Assembly (NCBI GenBank): GCA_964036045.1
Contig: OZ038379.1
Coordinates: 31,992,001-32,056,000, forward strand
Length of the DNA stretch: 64,000 nt
Source of the DNA: Eutreptiella sp. 'Long Island Sound 2002'
Lineage: Eukaryota; Protista; Euglenida
Reading direction: 5' to 3'
The translations under genes were made by a program, and so were the position numbers. Below the pieces are notes generated by a model. The model saw nothing but the letters and a program-made list of their open reading frames with translations. It was not told where the DNA came from and ran no database searches. How positions within the stretch are numbered: the stretch's first letter is position 1; each line of letters opens with the position of its first letter. This document shows positions 40,301-49,155 of this stretch, piece by piece.

Positions 40301-43300
40301 TTCACCACTCTCCCCTTGCATGGAGCTAACATGCAACATCGACAACAACAACAACAATAGGAGGAGCAGCAGCAGCAAGTTACAAGCATGTCTCTTTTCT
40401 ACCTTGACCATTACTTTGCCCCATTGCTTCCCACTCCACTGTACTCTGTTCATCTTGCCTGGACATGTGGTCTTCCCAGATCCAGCTTTTGGGCCACATA
40501 CTCAACGATTGTGGCTGGATGTGGGCGCCAAGTTGGCAGGTGTCCTCCCCAATCTCAACGGTTTTCGTCCAGAAAGAGCCTTTTTCCGCCCAAAAGGGCG
40601 TTGACCCCTCTCCCCTCCCCAAATGGCCAAACGACAAAAAAGGAACGTCATGCCGCACTGCTTATTTTGCTTGCGTCAAACAAGCCCCTTTCGCTGCTAG
40701 CTCTGCAACATATCTCAGAAATGATACGTTCTACTCGTTCTGCTGTGCACTGCAGGAGCCCCCGAAGGCGGCCGCGCGGGTGCCCAAGCGGTGCGCCCTT
40801 TTCGACTCCGACAGTGACGATGACGCCCCTACCATCGCCACCAAGCCTGAGCCCCCCGCACCCCAATGTGGCCCAGCCCAAACCCTGCCATCCCCCAAGT
40901 CCGCCCTCACAGAGTCCAAGTGCCCTAACCTCAGCCCGCCTGCCCCCATTGCCACGGCTGTGCCGTTGGCCAGGCCTGAGGCACTAAGCGTGGCGCAGCG
41001 CAAGGGCCTGTTCGAGTCCGATGAGGGGCCTCCTACGGCCACGTCCCAGCCCAAGTGTCAAGCCCAAGGCAGTGTGCAGGTGTCTGCAAAGACCGCAGTC
41101 TGTGCTGCACCGGTGGTGACCCGGCCACACCCGAAGTCTAAAGGCCTATTTGACTCCGGAGACGAGGACTCGGGCTTGCCAGGCAGCCCCCCCAACACGT
41201 CCCCAGTAGCCCCCCCCCCCCCCATATTCTCTGCAGAAGTTACCCAAGGGTCGTGTGACCGGGGCACTTGGGAGCAGACTAAAACAGCCACTTGGCTCAG
41301 TGGCTTGGCGCGGAGGCCGTGCGGCATCCGTGCTCTGGGGCGGTCCCGCCGTGCGGTGTGACAGCCGGGGGTAGGGGAAACTGGGGCTGTGGGCCAAAAT
41401 AACTTCCGGTGAGCCCAGGGGCCCATCCCCCCTGCCTCACGGCCATGAAATGACATGGCCCTTTTTAAGTCCCTAGAGCTGGGTGTCCAGCTTGAGCCTT
41501 TTTGCTGGTCGTGCGATCAGCCTGAGCCCAGGCACACCGCATCTGTGACGCCGGTTGGCTATGGACAGCTCTGCGGCCCTGGGCCCGCCGTGCGGCGGGT
41601 GCAGTGGGCGGCAGTACCCCCCCATAGTCCCTGGATTGGTAACGGGACGGGGGCTGACGGCGTCAAGCTGCAGTGAAGCAGCTGCAGCTCCTGGACTGCT
41701 GCCGTGCGGAAGAGAAAGAGAGCTGCAGTACTTGCAGCAGCTGACAAGGAGTGCTGCAGTGCTTGCAGCATCTCAGAAGGGGTGCCGTGGTGCTTGGGCT
41801 AAGCCCTGCATTTCTCATTAAGTGGTTGGTCGTGTGATCAACCACAGCTCCGGTGAGCCGCATCTGTGAAGTCGTGCGACCATGGACAGCTCTGTGGCCC
41901 GGAGCCCCGCCGTGTAGTGGGATAGAACTGAAGGCATTGGGTGTGTGCCCGTGCAGAATTTATTGCTTTTGGCAGAACTGAAGGCATTGGGCGTGTGCCC
42001 ATGCGGCATTTATTGCTTATGGCAGAACTGCAGGCAGTGGGTTTGTGCCCATGCAGAATTTATTGCTTTTGACAGAACTGAAGGCATTGGGTGTGTGCCC
42101 ATGCAGAATTTATTGCTTTTGGCAGAACTGAAGGCATTGGGTGTGTGCCCGTGCAGAATTTATTACTTTTGGCAGAACTGAAGGCATTGGGTGTGTGCCC
42201 ATGCAGAATTGATTGCTTTTGGTAGAACTGAAGGCATTGGGCATCTGCCCATGCAGAAGTTATTACTTTTGGCAGAACTGAAGGCATTGGGTGTGTGCCC
42301 ATGCGGAATGTATTACTTTTGGCAGAACTGAAGGTGTTGGGCGTGTGCCCATGCAAAATTTGTCACTTTTGGCAGAACTGAAGGCATTGGGTGTGTGCCC
42401 ATGCAGAAGAATTGCAGGCAGGCATTGGGTGTGTGCCCATGCGGAATGTATTTCTTTTGGTAGAACTGAAGGCATTGGGTGTGTGCTTGAGCACAAGACA
42501 AGATCTGCCGCATCATCGGAGCCGTGGGGCCCGTGCGGGACTGCCCGGGCCGTGCGGCCTTGGACAGAAAGCGAACGAGGGGGGGAGGGGGTGCATGCGC
42601 TGCGCCACAGGGCATTGCACTTGCTGCGGTAGTGCTGCTCTGGCCTGGCCGGGACCGCAGGCAACCGCTCCTGAGGGGGCGGGACCTGGCATATGACACC
42701 ATGACACCATGACACCACCCCCCATATTCTGTTCTATTTCTCTGCTGCCCCTGCAATTCCATGCGCGCACGTTCTACTCGTTCTGCTGTGCACTGCAGGG
42801 GCCCCCGAAGGCGGCCGCGCGGGTGCCCAAGCGGTGCGCCCTTTTCGACTCCGACAGTGACGATGACGCCCCTACCATCGCCACCAAGCCTGAGCCCCCC
42901 GCACCCCAATGTGGCCCAGCCCAAACCCTGCCATCCCCCAAGTCCGCCCTCACAGAGTCCAAGTGCCCTAACCTCAGCCCGCCTGCCCCCATTGCCACGG
43001 CTGTGCCGTTGGCCAGGCCTGAGGCACTAAGCGTGGCGCAGCGCAAGGGCCTGTTCGAGTCCGATGAGGGGCCTCCTACGGCCACGTCCCAGCCCAAGTG
43101 TCAAGCCCAAGGCAGTGTGCAGGTGTCTGCAAAGACCGCAGTCTGTGCTGCACCGGTGGTGACCCGGCCACACCCGAAGTCTAAAGGCCTATTTGACTCC
43201 GGAGACGAGGACTCGGGGTCCGACACACCTCCACCCCAGCCAGACCGAGCGCTGCCATCGTCTGCTGCTGTGCCCACCATCCCCGGCCGCCCAGGTGCCT

Positions 43301-45418
43301 TGGCCCCTGACACACCGGGTACCAACCAAGGGCAGGCCCCTCCTCCTGTGCAAAAGCCCACGGTATGAACTAGTCAATGTGTTTGCCAGCGCCGTTGTGT
43401 CATTCTTGAGTGCTGTTGTATGTTGTGGGTGTGTTGTGGCTGTGCATGCCTGTCTGTCTGTGTGTGTGTGTGTTACCCGGCCCATGCCATGGCATTCTCC
43501 CAAGGTGCATGGACCTTGCACCTCATGCACAAGGGGATTCGCGCCCAGCCGTACGATGTGGTACCCCTCCCCCTCCTTTGTCACAAGGGGTGAACAACGC
43601 TCACACGCACCCACCAAGCACCTCCTTTGTCCCTTTTAGGGGGGGTCCTTTCAGCGGGTCCGTGGTAAAACTGAGTAAAAAAAGCCCGAAACATGTTCAT
43701 TTGATTGATTTGAATTTGTGATTTGGCGCCATATACCCCGCTTTGCACATTGTTGAGATCTTCAAGGTTTCCTGGGTGCAAAATCATCGGGAGGTGAAAC
43801 CAACCAAGCGGTCAAACAATTTGTGAAGGCCGACTTGATCTTCAAGCGTGTCTTTTGTAACCACTTGTAAGTAGTTGGCCCCACCCTCCCTCCCTCCTCT
43901 GTGCATGCATGCATACGATACTCAACCCTCTTTGGTGAAGTGGTTGTGTGATCCCTCCCTCCTCTGTGCATGCATGCAGACGGTACTCAACCCTCCTTGG
44001 TGAAGCGGTTGTGTGATATATATATATATGATGGTTTGGCCCGGGTGGGGCGCCACTAACACAAGTGGCCGGGAATCGACTCGGGGGCCTTGTGCCCTTA
44101 AACAAAAGTACCACCTACCATCAAAGTGTGCAGTTTTTTGTGCATTTTTTTTCAAAAAAAATTGTCTTTTTACTGAGTAAAAAAAAATAAAAATTTTAAA
44201 AAAAAATTTTTAAAATTTTTTTTTACTCAGTTTTACCTCAAATCTACTCAGTTTTACCACATTTTACTCAGTTTTACCTCGTCTGGTACTCAGTTTTACC
44301 AAATACCCCCTTTCAGCGGCCCTCGCAAACCGGCAGCTGGATGGCACCACGGGACCAAAGCCCTCAGCCAGGCGTCCATGTGCTGTGCAGTGCACAGGGC
44401 CCTGCAGCCAATGCGGGCTGACTTAGTGCGGCTTTTGGCCCTCATGTGGGGCTCATGTGGGGACCGAGGCTGTGTTGATGGGCCACAACCCTCCACACAC
44501 GTCTTCAACCTCGCAGGCAACATGGTCATGGGCTCCACATGCGGACTCCTAGGCTGCGGAGACTGCACCCACAGGGGGCGGCTCAGCCCCTTCTCCGTGT
44601 CTGCGTTCCAGGCCGATCCCCAGGATGGTTCAGGTCATCTGGTCCAAATCTGCCTTAAAGGTTAGGGTATATTTGCTTTGCCGCCTCCGTGGCGGAGTGC
44701 TTGTGGCGTGCGTCGCAGAGCACAGGGCCGCCACTGTGGATCGTGGCGCCTGACTGAGCCTCCGCCTTGCGTGCGCAGTGGCCTGAGGATTTATATTTGT
44801 ACAAAGTGACACATGACGCCACTGTGCTGTGGCACTCCGCTGCACGGGTTGAACACTGGAGACTGCCGGAAATGGAATGAGACACCCGAGTTGTGCCTGA
44901 CGTTGGCCCAGTGGGACTGCCTGGGCCGTGCGGCCCTAAGCAGAGTGCGAGCCGGGGTCGGGGGGGGGGGGGGGGAGGGGCACAAGCGCTGCACGACAGG
45001 GCATAGCACTTGCTGCGGTATTGTGCTGCTCTGGCGTGGCCGGGACCACACGCAACCGCTCCCGGGGCGGCGGGACCCGGCAGATGACACCATGACACCA
45101 TGACACCATACCATTATCATAGAAAGGCACATGGTTGTGCCACTTTGTTGTTTGCAGCCTGGCGAGGCAATTGCATTGAAATAACCTGCTTCATTGGTTT
45201 GTCTGCTGTGTGTGTGCGCACGCGTGCATGCATGTGCATTACTGCCCGTTGTCCATTGGCTGCACAAAAAGCTGAGTGGGATGGAGTCCTCTATGTCGAT
45301 GTGTGTATCCCCAACAGCCTTTGACCAGAAAGATTCAACCTAATTGGTGCATGGATTGCCGTTTGCTGCTAGCACAGGCGCACTTGTGACTCTTTTTGCA
45401 GGCTGCCCTTGACTGGGC

Positions 45419-45453
<35 letters not shown>

Positions 45454-48400
45454 TGGGTGGATGGTTGCACCCAACACTGGTATGCTAAATGGTGGTGCAA
45501 CTAACATCGGGCAACTAAACATGGGCTCTTGGCAATGAATGGCTCTGTTGGGATTGGAAGGGCAGTGACCTGAACCTTTTCCACGAACCAGTTACCAGGA
45601 CTGTCTGCATGTCCTCTCAACTCTTCGACAAAGCAAAAGACGTCTAGGGCTGCCCTGAAGATTTTTCTTCAATCGCTTTTTCTTGCTTTTGTTCTTGTCT
45701 TTGTGGTCCTCAATGTGTGTGTGTGTGCGCGCGCGCGCTTGTACAGGGAATCTGCTGCAGTGCGGGAGATAGTGGTGCATGCAACCCCTAATTTGTTCTT
45801 TCTGCGACACCTTATTGAACGCTAGCACACAGTCTGTTGTGCTGGTCCCGCAGTGCACCGAGTGTATCAGTTCGGCACTGTTCTTCTCCGTCCCGCGCAT
45901 CTCAGGCACCTCTGCTGCCGCCAAAACTATCCGCGCTGTTCGACAGCGACGACGAATCCACGTCTTCGCCACCCCTGGCCTGGCACTCATCTGTGGCATC
46001 TGCTCCCGCAGGGCCTCAGCACCCCCGATCCAGTCCCCAAAAGAGGGCGGCCGCCGGCCTTGAACTGCACACGGCCACAGCCATGGCTGCCCCATCGGCT
46101 AAGCTCAAAGGCCAAGTCGACGCCGATGAGGGCCCTCCCACATCCCCAGCCCCGCCGGCCGTAGCAGACCCAAAGGGGCCGGACAGTGTGGAGGTGCCGG
46201 TATCTGCTGCACCCAAGGCCTCTGTGCTGGTGGTGGCGCGGGCAGGGGCGAAGCCAAATGGTCTGTTCAACTCTGACGACGACGAGGGCTCACCTACGGC
46301 CCCGCCAGCGCCGGGCAGGGTCGAGCGCACGGCAGCTCTGTTCCAGTGCAATGACTCGGACGGGGCCACCCCAGCCTCGCAGCCTGCGCACGCTGTGGTG
46401 GTCCCATCAAAGCCCATGGCTCCAGACGCCGCGGGAAGTGGGATCAAGTTTGGCTCTGGTCTGGGTCCAGTGGGTATTGGAGGGCTTTTTTGTGGGGGCA
46501 GCGCTGGCACTGCGAGGGCACCGGGCGGTATGCGATATGCGGCAGCCGGGGCTGGCGCCTGGAGGGCCAAGGGTCTGCTTGACGTGCTACGCCCATGTGC
46601 AAAGCTTCCACTTAACAACTCCAATTCCTTCTGTGCGTAGTCTGGGGGGAGGAGGTCAAGGAGTAGGTCGCGGGGTCGTATCACTCAGGGGTTTCGTCCC
46701 CTGTCTCCCGGGGAATGCTCCAACGGATGGGAACATTCCACAGCAGAGAGCGTAGAGGAAGCAGCAGGCGGTCCACACAGTACACAGCACAAATGTGGCA
46801 ACAGCATACAGCGTGTGGTACGCAGCATGCCCTCAGCATATGGCACATGGAATGCTGCACATGGCGTTGCAGCACTGGGCCCAAAACAGCACCGCCCCCA
46901 CAGAGGCAGAGACAAATTTCTCGGGGACGGGTACTGGGGGCTATGGCCCCCCTTTTTCGCCCCCCCCCCCCCCGTTGTTTGGCAAAATGCCTGGAAATGC
47001 AGCGCACCGCTGATGCGTAGCACTGGGTGATCAGCGCCCCTCTCGCCCTGTGTTACACCTCCCCCCGTGTCCAACGAACACTGCGTCCAACAAACACTTC
47101 CGTTCGGACCGTATTTTTTGAGGACCTAATTAATTTGGTACTGAATTAGGTACCGGGCTCCAGAACCGCAGTTTCAGGCTACAGGTTTGGGGAAATGAGC
47201 GGCTGTAGTGATGTATCTGGCAGTAATGGTGGGCAAATTTGTAAAGCAGGTTGTGAGGGAAGGGTGTCCTATTGCCCACCGTGACTGATTCTCTGCTTGC
47301 ACTGGCCGGGAGGTGCTATGCAAGCGGTACCACCACTTCTGCCCATGCCAAGAACAAGAAGGGCCCCAAGCCCGGAGCATGTCCAACTTTTCTGCATGAA
47401 GCGGGACCACAACAAGGGCTTCTACTCTCAAAAGTGCTAATTGGAGGCCTCCATCGCATTGTGCTTTGAATGGGCTGAGTAACTTGTGCCTAGAGTGTGT
47501 TACCGCCGTTTCACAATATTGTTGTGCGCACCGAACGGTGTGTCCAACGAACACTCCTGTTCGGACCGTATTTTTTAAGGACAAAATTGTTCGTTGGACA
47601 CGGGGGGGCGTTAAAATTTCCATATCCAAAGTGGTCAAAGTGGTGGATTTCACTGTCAAGGGAATGACTGAGTGTGACGCATGGCCGGCGTACTATGGTG
47701 ATGCATTTCGTGCCTCTCCATGTGCCTCTCCATGGGGGCCTCAGGGTGCCACAGACTGTTGACAATTTTTTTTGCAGCTCCAATGCCTGCCCTTGACTGT
47801 GTTCACCAGCTGAGCTTCCAAAGCCTGTACTCAATGTAATTGTGGTGTCAGAGCACGTAGCACAACACATCAAGGATTTGGAGGCTTGTTGTCCATGCTG
47901 AACTGCATCAATTGGTTTGATAGACGCAATATAATCATGTCCCTACTGGAGCACCTCCGTGTGGTAACAAGAGAGATGCAAGGCCATGGTTGCTTTGTGG
48001 TTATGAAGCCGTGGTTAGTTTGTGGTGTAAGAAACGCTATGATCGCAGGTAGAGGTCTTCAAGGAAGGAAAGGGGGCTTGTGAGGAAAAGTGAGTGACGA
48101 GAATGGTAGGTTTAGTGAACAGGGAAGTGTACGGCAGCGTGGGGTGATGAGTGCCTCACGGATGCATTTGTGTCATCTTCAAGCCCACCAGGGTCATCAT
48201 CATCACCGTTGTCGTTGTCGCCGTCATCATCATCCACAGGGTTCGCTTTTGATTGGGCTGATCTGCATGGCTCTATTTTCCTTGTGCACCCTACGCTGCA
48301 ACCCTCCATTCCCCGCTCCATCCATCGCCCCTCCTACTCCCCTGTGGTCAATCAAGCATGTTGGCCCTCTGAATTTCACGGTCATGACTGCATGTAAAGT

Positions 48401-48836
48401 GTGCTGGCGCCGGCAGGGCAGTGGACGCCACCAGGGCCTTGATGCTGCTCTGGTGAGCAATGAGACAAACAGTACCTTTCCTTTCCAAAGATGGACACCA
48501 AGGACCCTGAGCGACTGAGGCATGTTACACAACAGACAAACCCCTGGACACAGCAGGTGCTCTGCCCACACACACACACACCTGCGCCTCGTCCTTCAGG
48601 CGCACATCCTGTGCGCGCCGCCGAAGAGAGCGCTGAGAGCGATGAGGAGCCGCTTGTAAGACCCAATCCGTTCCTGAAGCCCACGCCCAAAGCGGCTTCG
48701 GTGGGCGCAAATCCAGTGGAGTCTCCTACCGGTGCCGTCAAATCTTCTGCACCGCCCACGACCATACAACAGGCCCTGTCCAGTGCAGCTTCCAGCACCT
48801 CCGTAGCCCCTACGGCATTATACCTGCATTGCACTG
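424..48836 (+). CDS. Multi-exon gene, 5'-partial: tandem ~81-aa helical-repeat protein with a FAM21/WASHC2-like LF-acidic tail (16 exons, about 1,090 aa in the window)
   Basis: Exons 424-525, 814-882, 2443-2552, 3092-3300, 4804-4929, 5235-5333, 5575-5693, 10002-10079, 10906-11025, 12753-12847, 23233-23383, 28019-28138, 30761-31282, 42799-43362, 45906-46473 and 48600-48836 all join in phase via GT-AG introns with no stop codon. The first 11 give 426 aa whose internal repeats align across the junctions. No product name can be assigned. Confidence 0.85.
814..882 (+). CDS. Exon B (KYAEFPQVKLFLARYEELSQSVE)
   Basis: CTGCTTCAG acceptor, GTGTGC donor; aligns with LYSEFEEVQSFLEEYEALSATVE of exon F. 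Confidence 0.9.
2443..2552 (+). CDS. Exon C (AEVDVMIHQKEAQGLLTKCQKLRQEIDAAERKADGD)
   Basis: CCCATCCCTTAG acceptor, phase-2 GTACAC donor; aligns with exons G and I. Confidence 0.88.
3092..3300 (+). CDS. Exon D (MLKSWKKLESACKPLIDMSGPDLFAEFEDVIAF...KTLID)
   Basis: Pyrimidine-rich CTGGCCTTCAG acceptor, phase-1 GTATAC donor; contains most of repeat 2. Confidence 0.9.
4804..4929 (+). CDS. Exon E (IRKGLAQAESPESSMWRMDYWRRVTDGETIGKYWAQLKEKT)
   Basis: CACTTATTCAG acceptor, phase-1 GTATTG donor; DGETIGKYW aligns with DGELAKKKW. Confidence 0.88.
5235..5333 (+). CDS. Exon F (LQVDHEFRKLYSEFEEVQSFLEEYEALSATVE)
   Basis: GTTGCAG acceptor, phase-1 GTACTG donor. Confidence 0.9.
5575..5693 (+). CDS. Exon G (ETELLIRKQEAAQLHATCVKALSETKTALANGQGEQARN)
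   Basis: GTAG acceptor in phase with exon F, phase-0 GTGTGT donor. Confidence 0.88.
10002..10079 (+). CDS. Exon H (SWDKLCDAMQPLLQDSGRYDAVEDVQ)
   Basis: CTCCGTTCTATTTTGCCTCAG acceptor, GTATGT donor; aligns with SWKKLESACKPL. Confidence 0.9.
10906..11025 (+). CDS. Exon I (ELKRKFNKLKSGGAEDEIDVLIRKNTAQSVIMKCRPLMSV)
   Basis: CTTTGCTGTCTGTAG acceptor, GTGTGA donor; EIDVLIRK aligns with EVDVMIHQK and ETELLIRK. Confidence 0.9.
12283..12357 (-). repeat. Dispersed ~1.4 copies of the 53-bp repeat found tandemly at 63464-63718
   Basis: The reverse complement reads GGACTCCAGGATTGAGGTCCATTCTTGCACAGGCATAGAAATGTGGATCAGTTGGACTCTGGTATTGCACTCCA, matching the 53-bp unit. Confidence 0.8.
12753..12847 (+). CDS. 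Exon J (LEKALAADKTEDCQKAHKALEQKIWVLIQDV)
   Basis: CCCTTGTGTTTTAG acceptor, phase-2 GTGCCA donor; KALEQKIWVLIQDVSDKY aligns with KALQEAAKPFVQDAEQKY once joined to exon K. Confidence 0.9.
13700..14390 (+). repeat. Dimeric ~100-bp repeat (alternating ~46- and ~55-bp CCCCGAGAA..GCAGGGGTGAC.TAGC subunits); resumes at 21480-21615
   Basis: Repeated GGGGA(C/T)CCCCGAGAA(C/T)GCAGGGGTGACGTAGCA..TCCGCCC..TT.TGGGGCCCCGAGAAGGCAGGGGTGA. Confidence 0.85.
14390..21470 (+). repeat. 48-bp satellite array (about 135 units) with one TTAGGG per unit
   Basis: Consensus CCCCTTGAGTTGGGGTTAGGGACTCTCAATCCACGCTTTGTTGCGTGG; moderately diverged copies; interrupted once by a MITE. Confidence 0.97.
18830..19366. mobile_element. 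537-bp hAT-type MITE inserted in the satellite
   Basis: Perfect 15-bp TIR CAGGGTTTTGCTTAG/CTAAGCAAAACCCTG and perfect 8-bp TSD TGCATGGC (18822-29, 19367-74). Confidence 0.92.
23233..23383 (+). CDS. Exon K (DKYNGFDEVIQFKSEWDALKEKYQQRLSRG...SQQNK): last partial repeat and linker
   Basis: ATCTTGTCTCAG acceptor in phase 2 with exon J, GTGCGC donor. Confidence 0.88.
24225..24720 (+). repeat. Diverged ~49-bp satellite (about 10 units); related short arrays at 26960-27105 and 39140-39265
   Basis: Recurrent GGGACCCC.AGA.GGCAGGGGTTATGTAGCC..TTTGATTCCTCCC unit with the same layout as the 13.7-kb and 48-bp repeats. Confidence 0.8.
28019..28138 (+). CDS. Exon L (APAQKKSGLFDDDSDDEGAPF...GDKE): first LF-acidic motif
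   Basis: GTTTCGCCCAG acceptor, GTCTGC donor, phase 0/0. Confidence 0.8.
30761..31282 (+). CDS. Exon M (DSPENQPLKSKKPGLFDSDSDDD...KGLFDSDSDSDSDD...RKPE)
   Basis: TTTTGCCTCAG acceptor (same as exon H), GTATAC donor, 174 open codons. Confidence 0.8.
32521..32835 (+). pseudogene. Truncated, inactivated copy 1 of exon N
   Basis: Homologous to the first ~300 nt of 42799-43362, but CAG has become TAG at 32776-78, 3 bp are deleted, and the copy is cut at 32835 by the LINE. Confidence 0.9.
32836..38690 (+). mobile_element. Decayed LINE (non-LTR retrotransposon): ORF1 remnant, APE endonuclease, RT, C-terminal CCHC
   Basis: ADIVCVQETRL (~34290), ICADFNFEL (~34690), GSQIDGILAD (~34850), LRPLTVLSQVH (~36090), ATNGILQRCPPS (~36430), EGYADD (~37035), NVGKSV, CPHC...EDEEHLLWWC (~38040). 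Many stops and frameshifts. The 3' end near a (CA)n tract is approximate. Confidence 0.9.
40726..41174 (+). pseudogene. Copy 2 of the exon N acceptor and first 419 nt (449-bp near-identical duplication of 42769-43217)
   Basis: Direct comparison; the only obvious difference is GAG vs GGG at the first codon. The frame stays open to 41361. Confidence 0.9.
41231..42717 (+). mobile_element. 1.5-kb non-autonomous retroposon with an (ATGACACC)3 tail; a second family member ends at 45107
   Basis: Flanked by CCCCCCATATTCT direct repeats (ending 41230 and 42730). The 3' ~190 bp (42530-42717) match 44910-45108 including the tail. Confidence 0.7.
41921..42487 (+). repeat. 50-bp tandem repeat (about 11 units) inside the retroposon
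   Basis: Unit GGCAGAACTGAAGGCATTGGGTGTGTGCCCATGCAGAATTTATTGCTTTT, starting at 41921, 41971, 42021, 42071 etc. Confidence 0.95.
42799..43362 (+). CDS. Exon N, intact copy 3 (GPPKAAARVPKRCALFDSDSDDD...GLFESDE...GLFDSGDED...QKPT)
   Basis: TTCTGCTGTGCACTGCAG acceptor, GTATGA donor, 188 open codons. Confidence 0.85.
43656..44308. mobile_element. 653-bp Mutator-type MITE
   Basis: TIR GGG-N4-TGGTAAAACTGAGTA, repeated subterminal CTCAGTTTTACC, perfect 9-bp TSD CCTTTCAGC (43647-55, 44309-17). Confidence 0.88.
45906..46473 (+). CDS. Exon O (APLLPPKLSALFDSDDE...GLFNSDDDE...)
   Basis: CATCTCAG acceptor in phase 0. Three phase-1 donors are possible (after 46458, 46464, 46473); GTATTG after 46473 fits the GTRY pattern. 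Confidence 0.72.
47061..47607. mobile_element. ~550-bp MITE-like element, superfamily unassigned
   Basis: 20-bp TIR CCCCCCGTGTCCAACGAACA / TGTTCGTTGGACACGGGGGG plus a subterminal direct repeat GTTCGGACCGTATTTTTT; TSD not resolved. Confidence 0.75.
48600..48836 (+). CDS. Putative exon P (AHPVRAAEESAESDEEPLVRPNPF...)
   Basis: GTCCTTCAG acceptor in phase 1, Ser/Pro/Ala-rich with SDEE. It ends either at the GTGTGT donor (48837) or at the TGA at 48842-44. Confidence 0.5.
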
Positions 48837-49155
48837 GTGTGTGAAGCAGTGTAGGTCAGGTGCTGTCCAGATTCGTGGGTAGTCATGCCCTGCCTCCCAC
48901 AAGCGCGGCCTTGTGTCAGCACGGCAACCCCGCCTGACCGTTTTGATTGTCGAGAACGTAAGATGGCACGGATGTGAGGCGTTTGTAGTGGGAAAGAGGG
49001 GGGTAGTCATGGATGTCAGGATGGTGTCCGCTCATGACAATATTCTACCTGGAAATGCACCCCTTTCCTGCACAAGTCGTAGAGGATTGGGGATTGGAAT
49101 GGCGATGAGTCCACGTTCATTTTTGCTTGTCACTTGTGAGCGCGGAGGGCTGTTG

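Noticed and set aside
41921-42487. CRISPR-like array or coding repeat
   Set aside because: Plain 50-bp head-to-tail repeat with no spacers and a period not divisible by 3.
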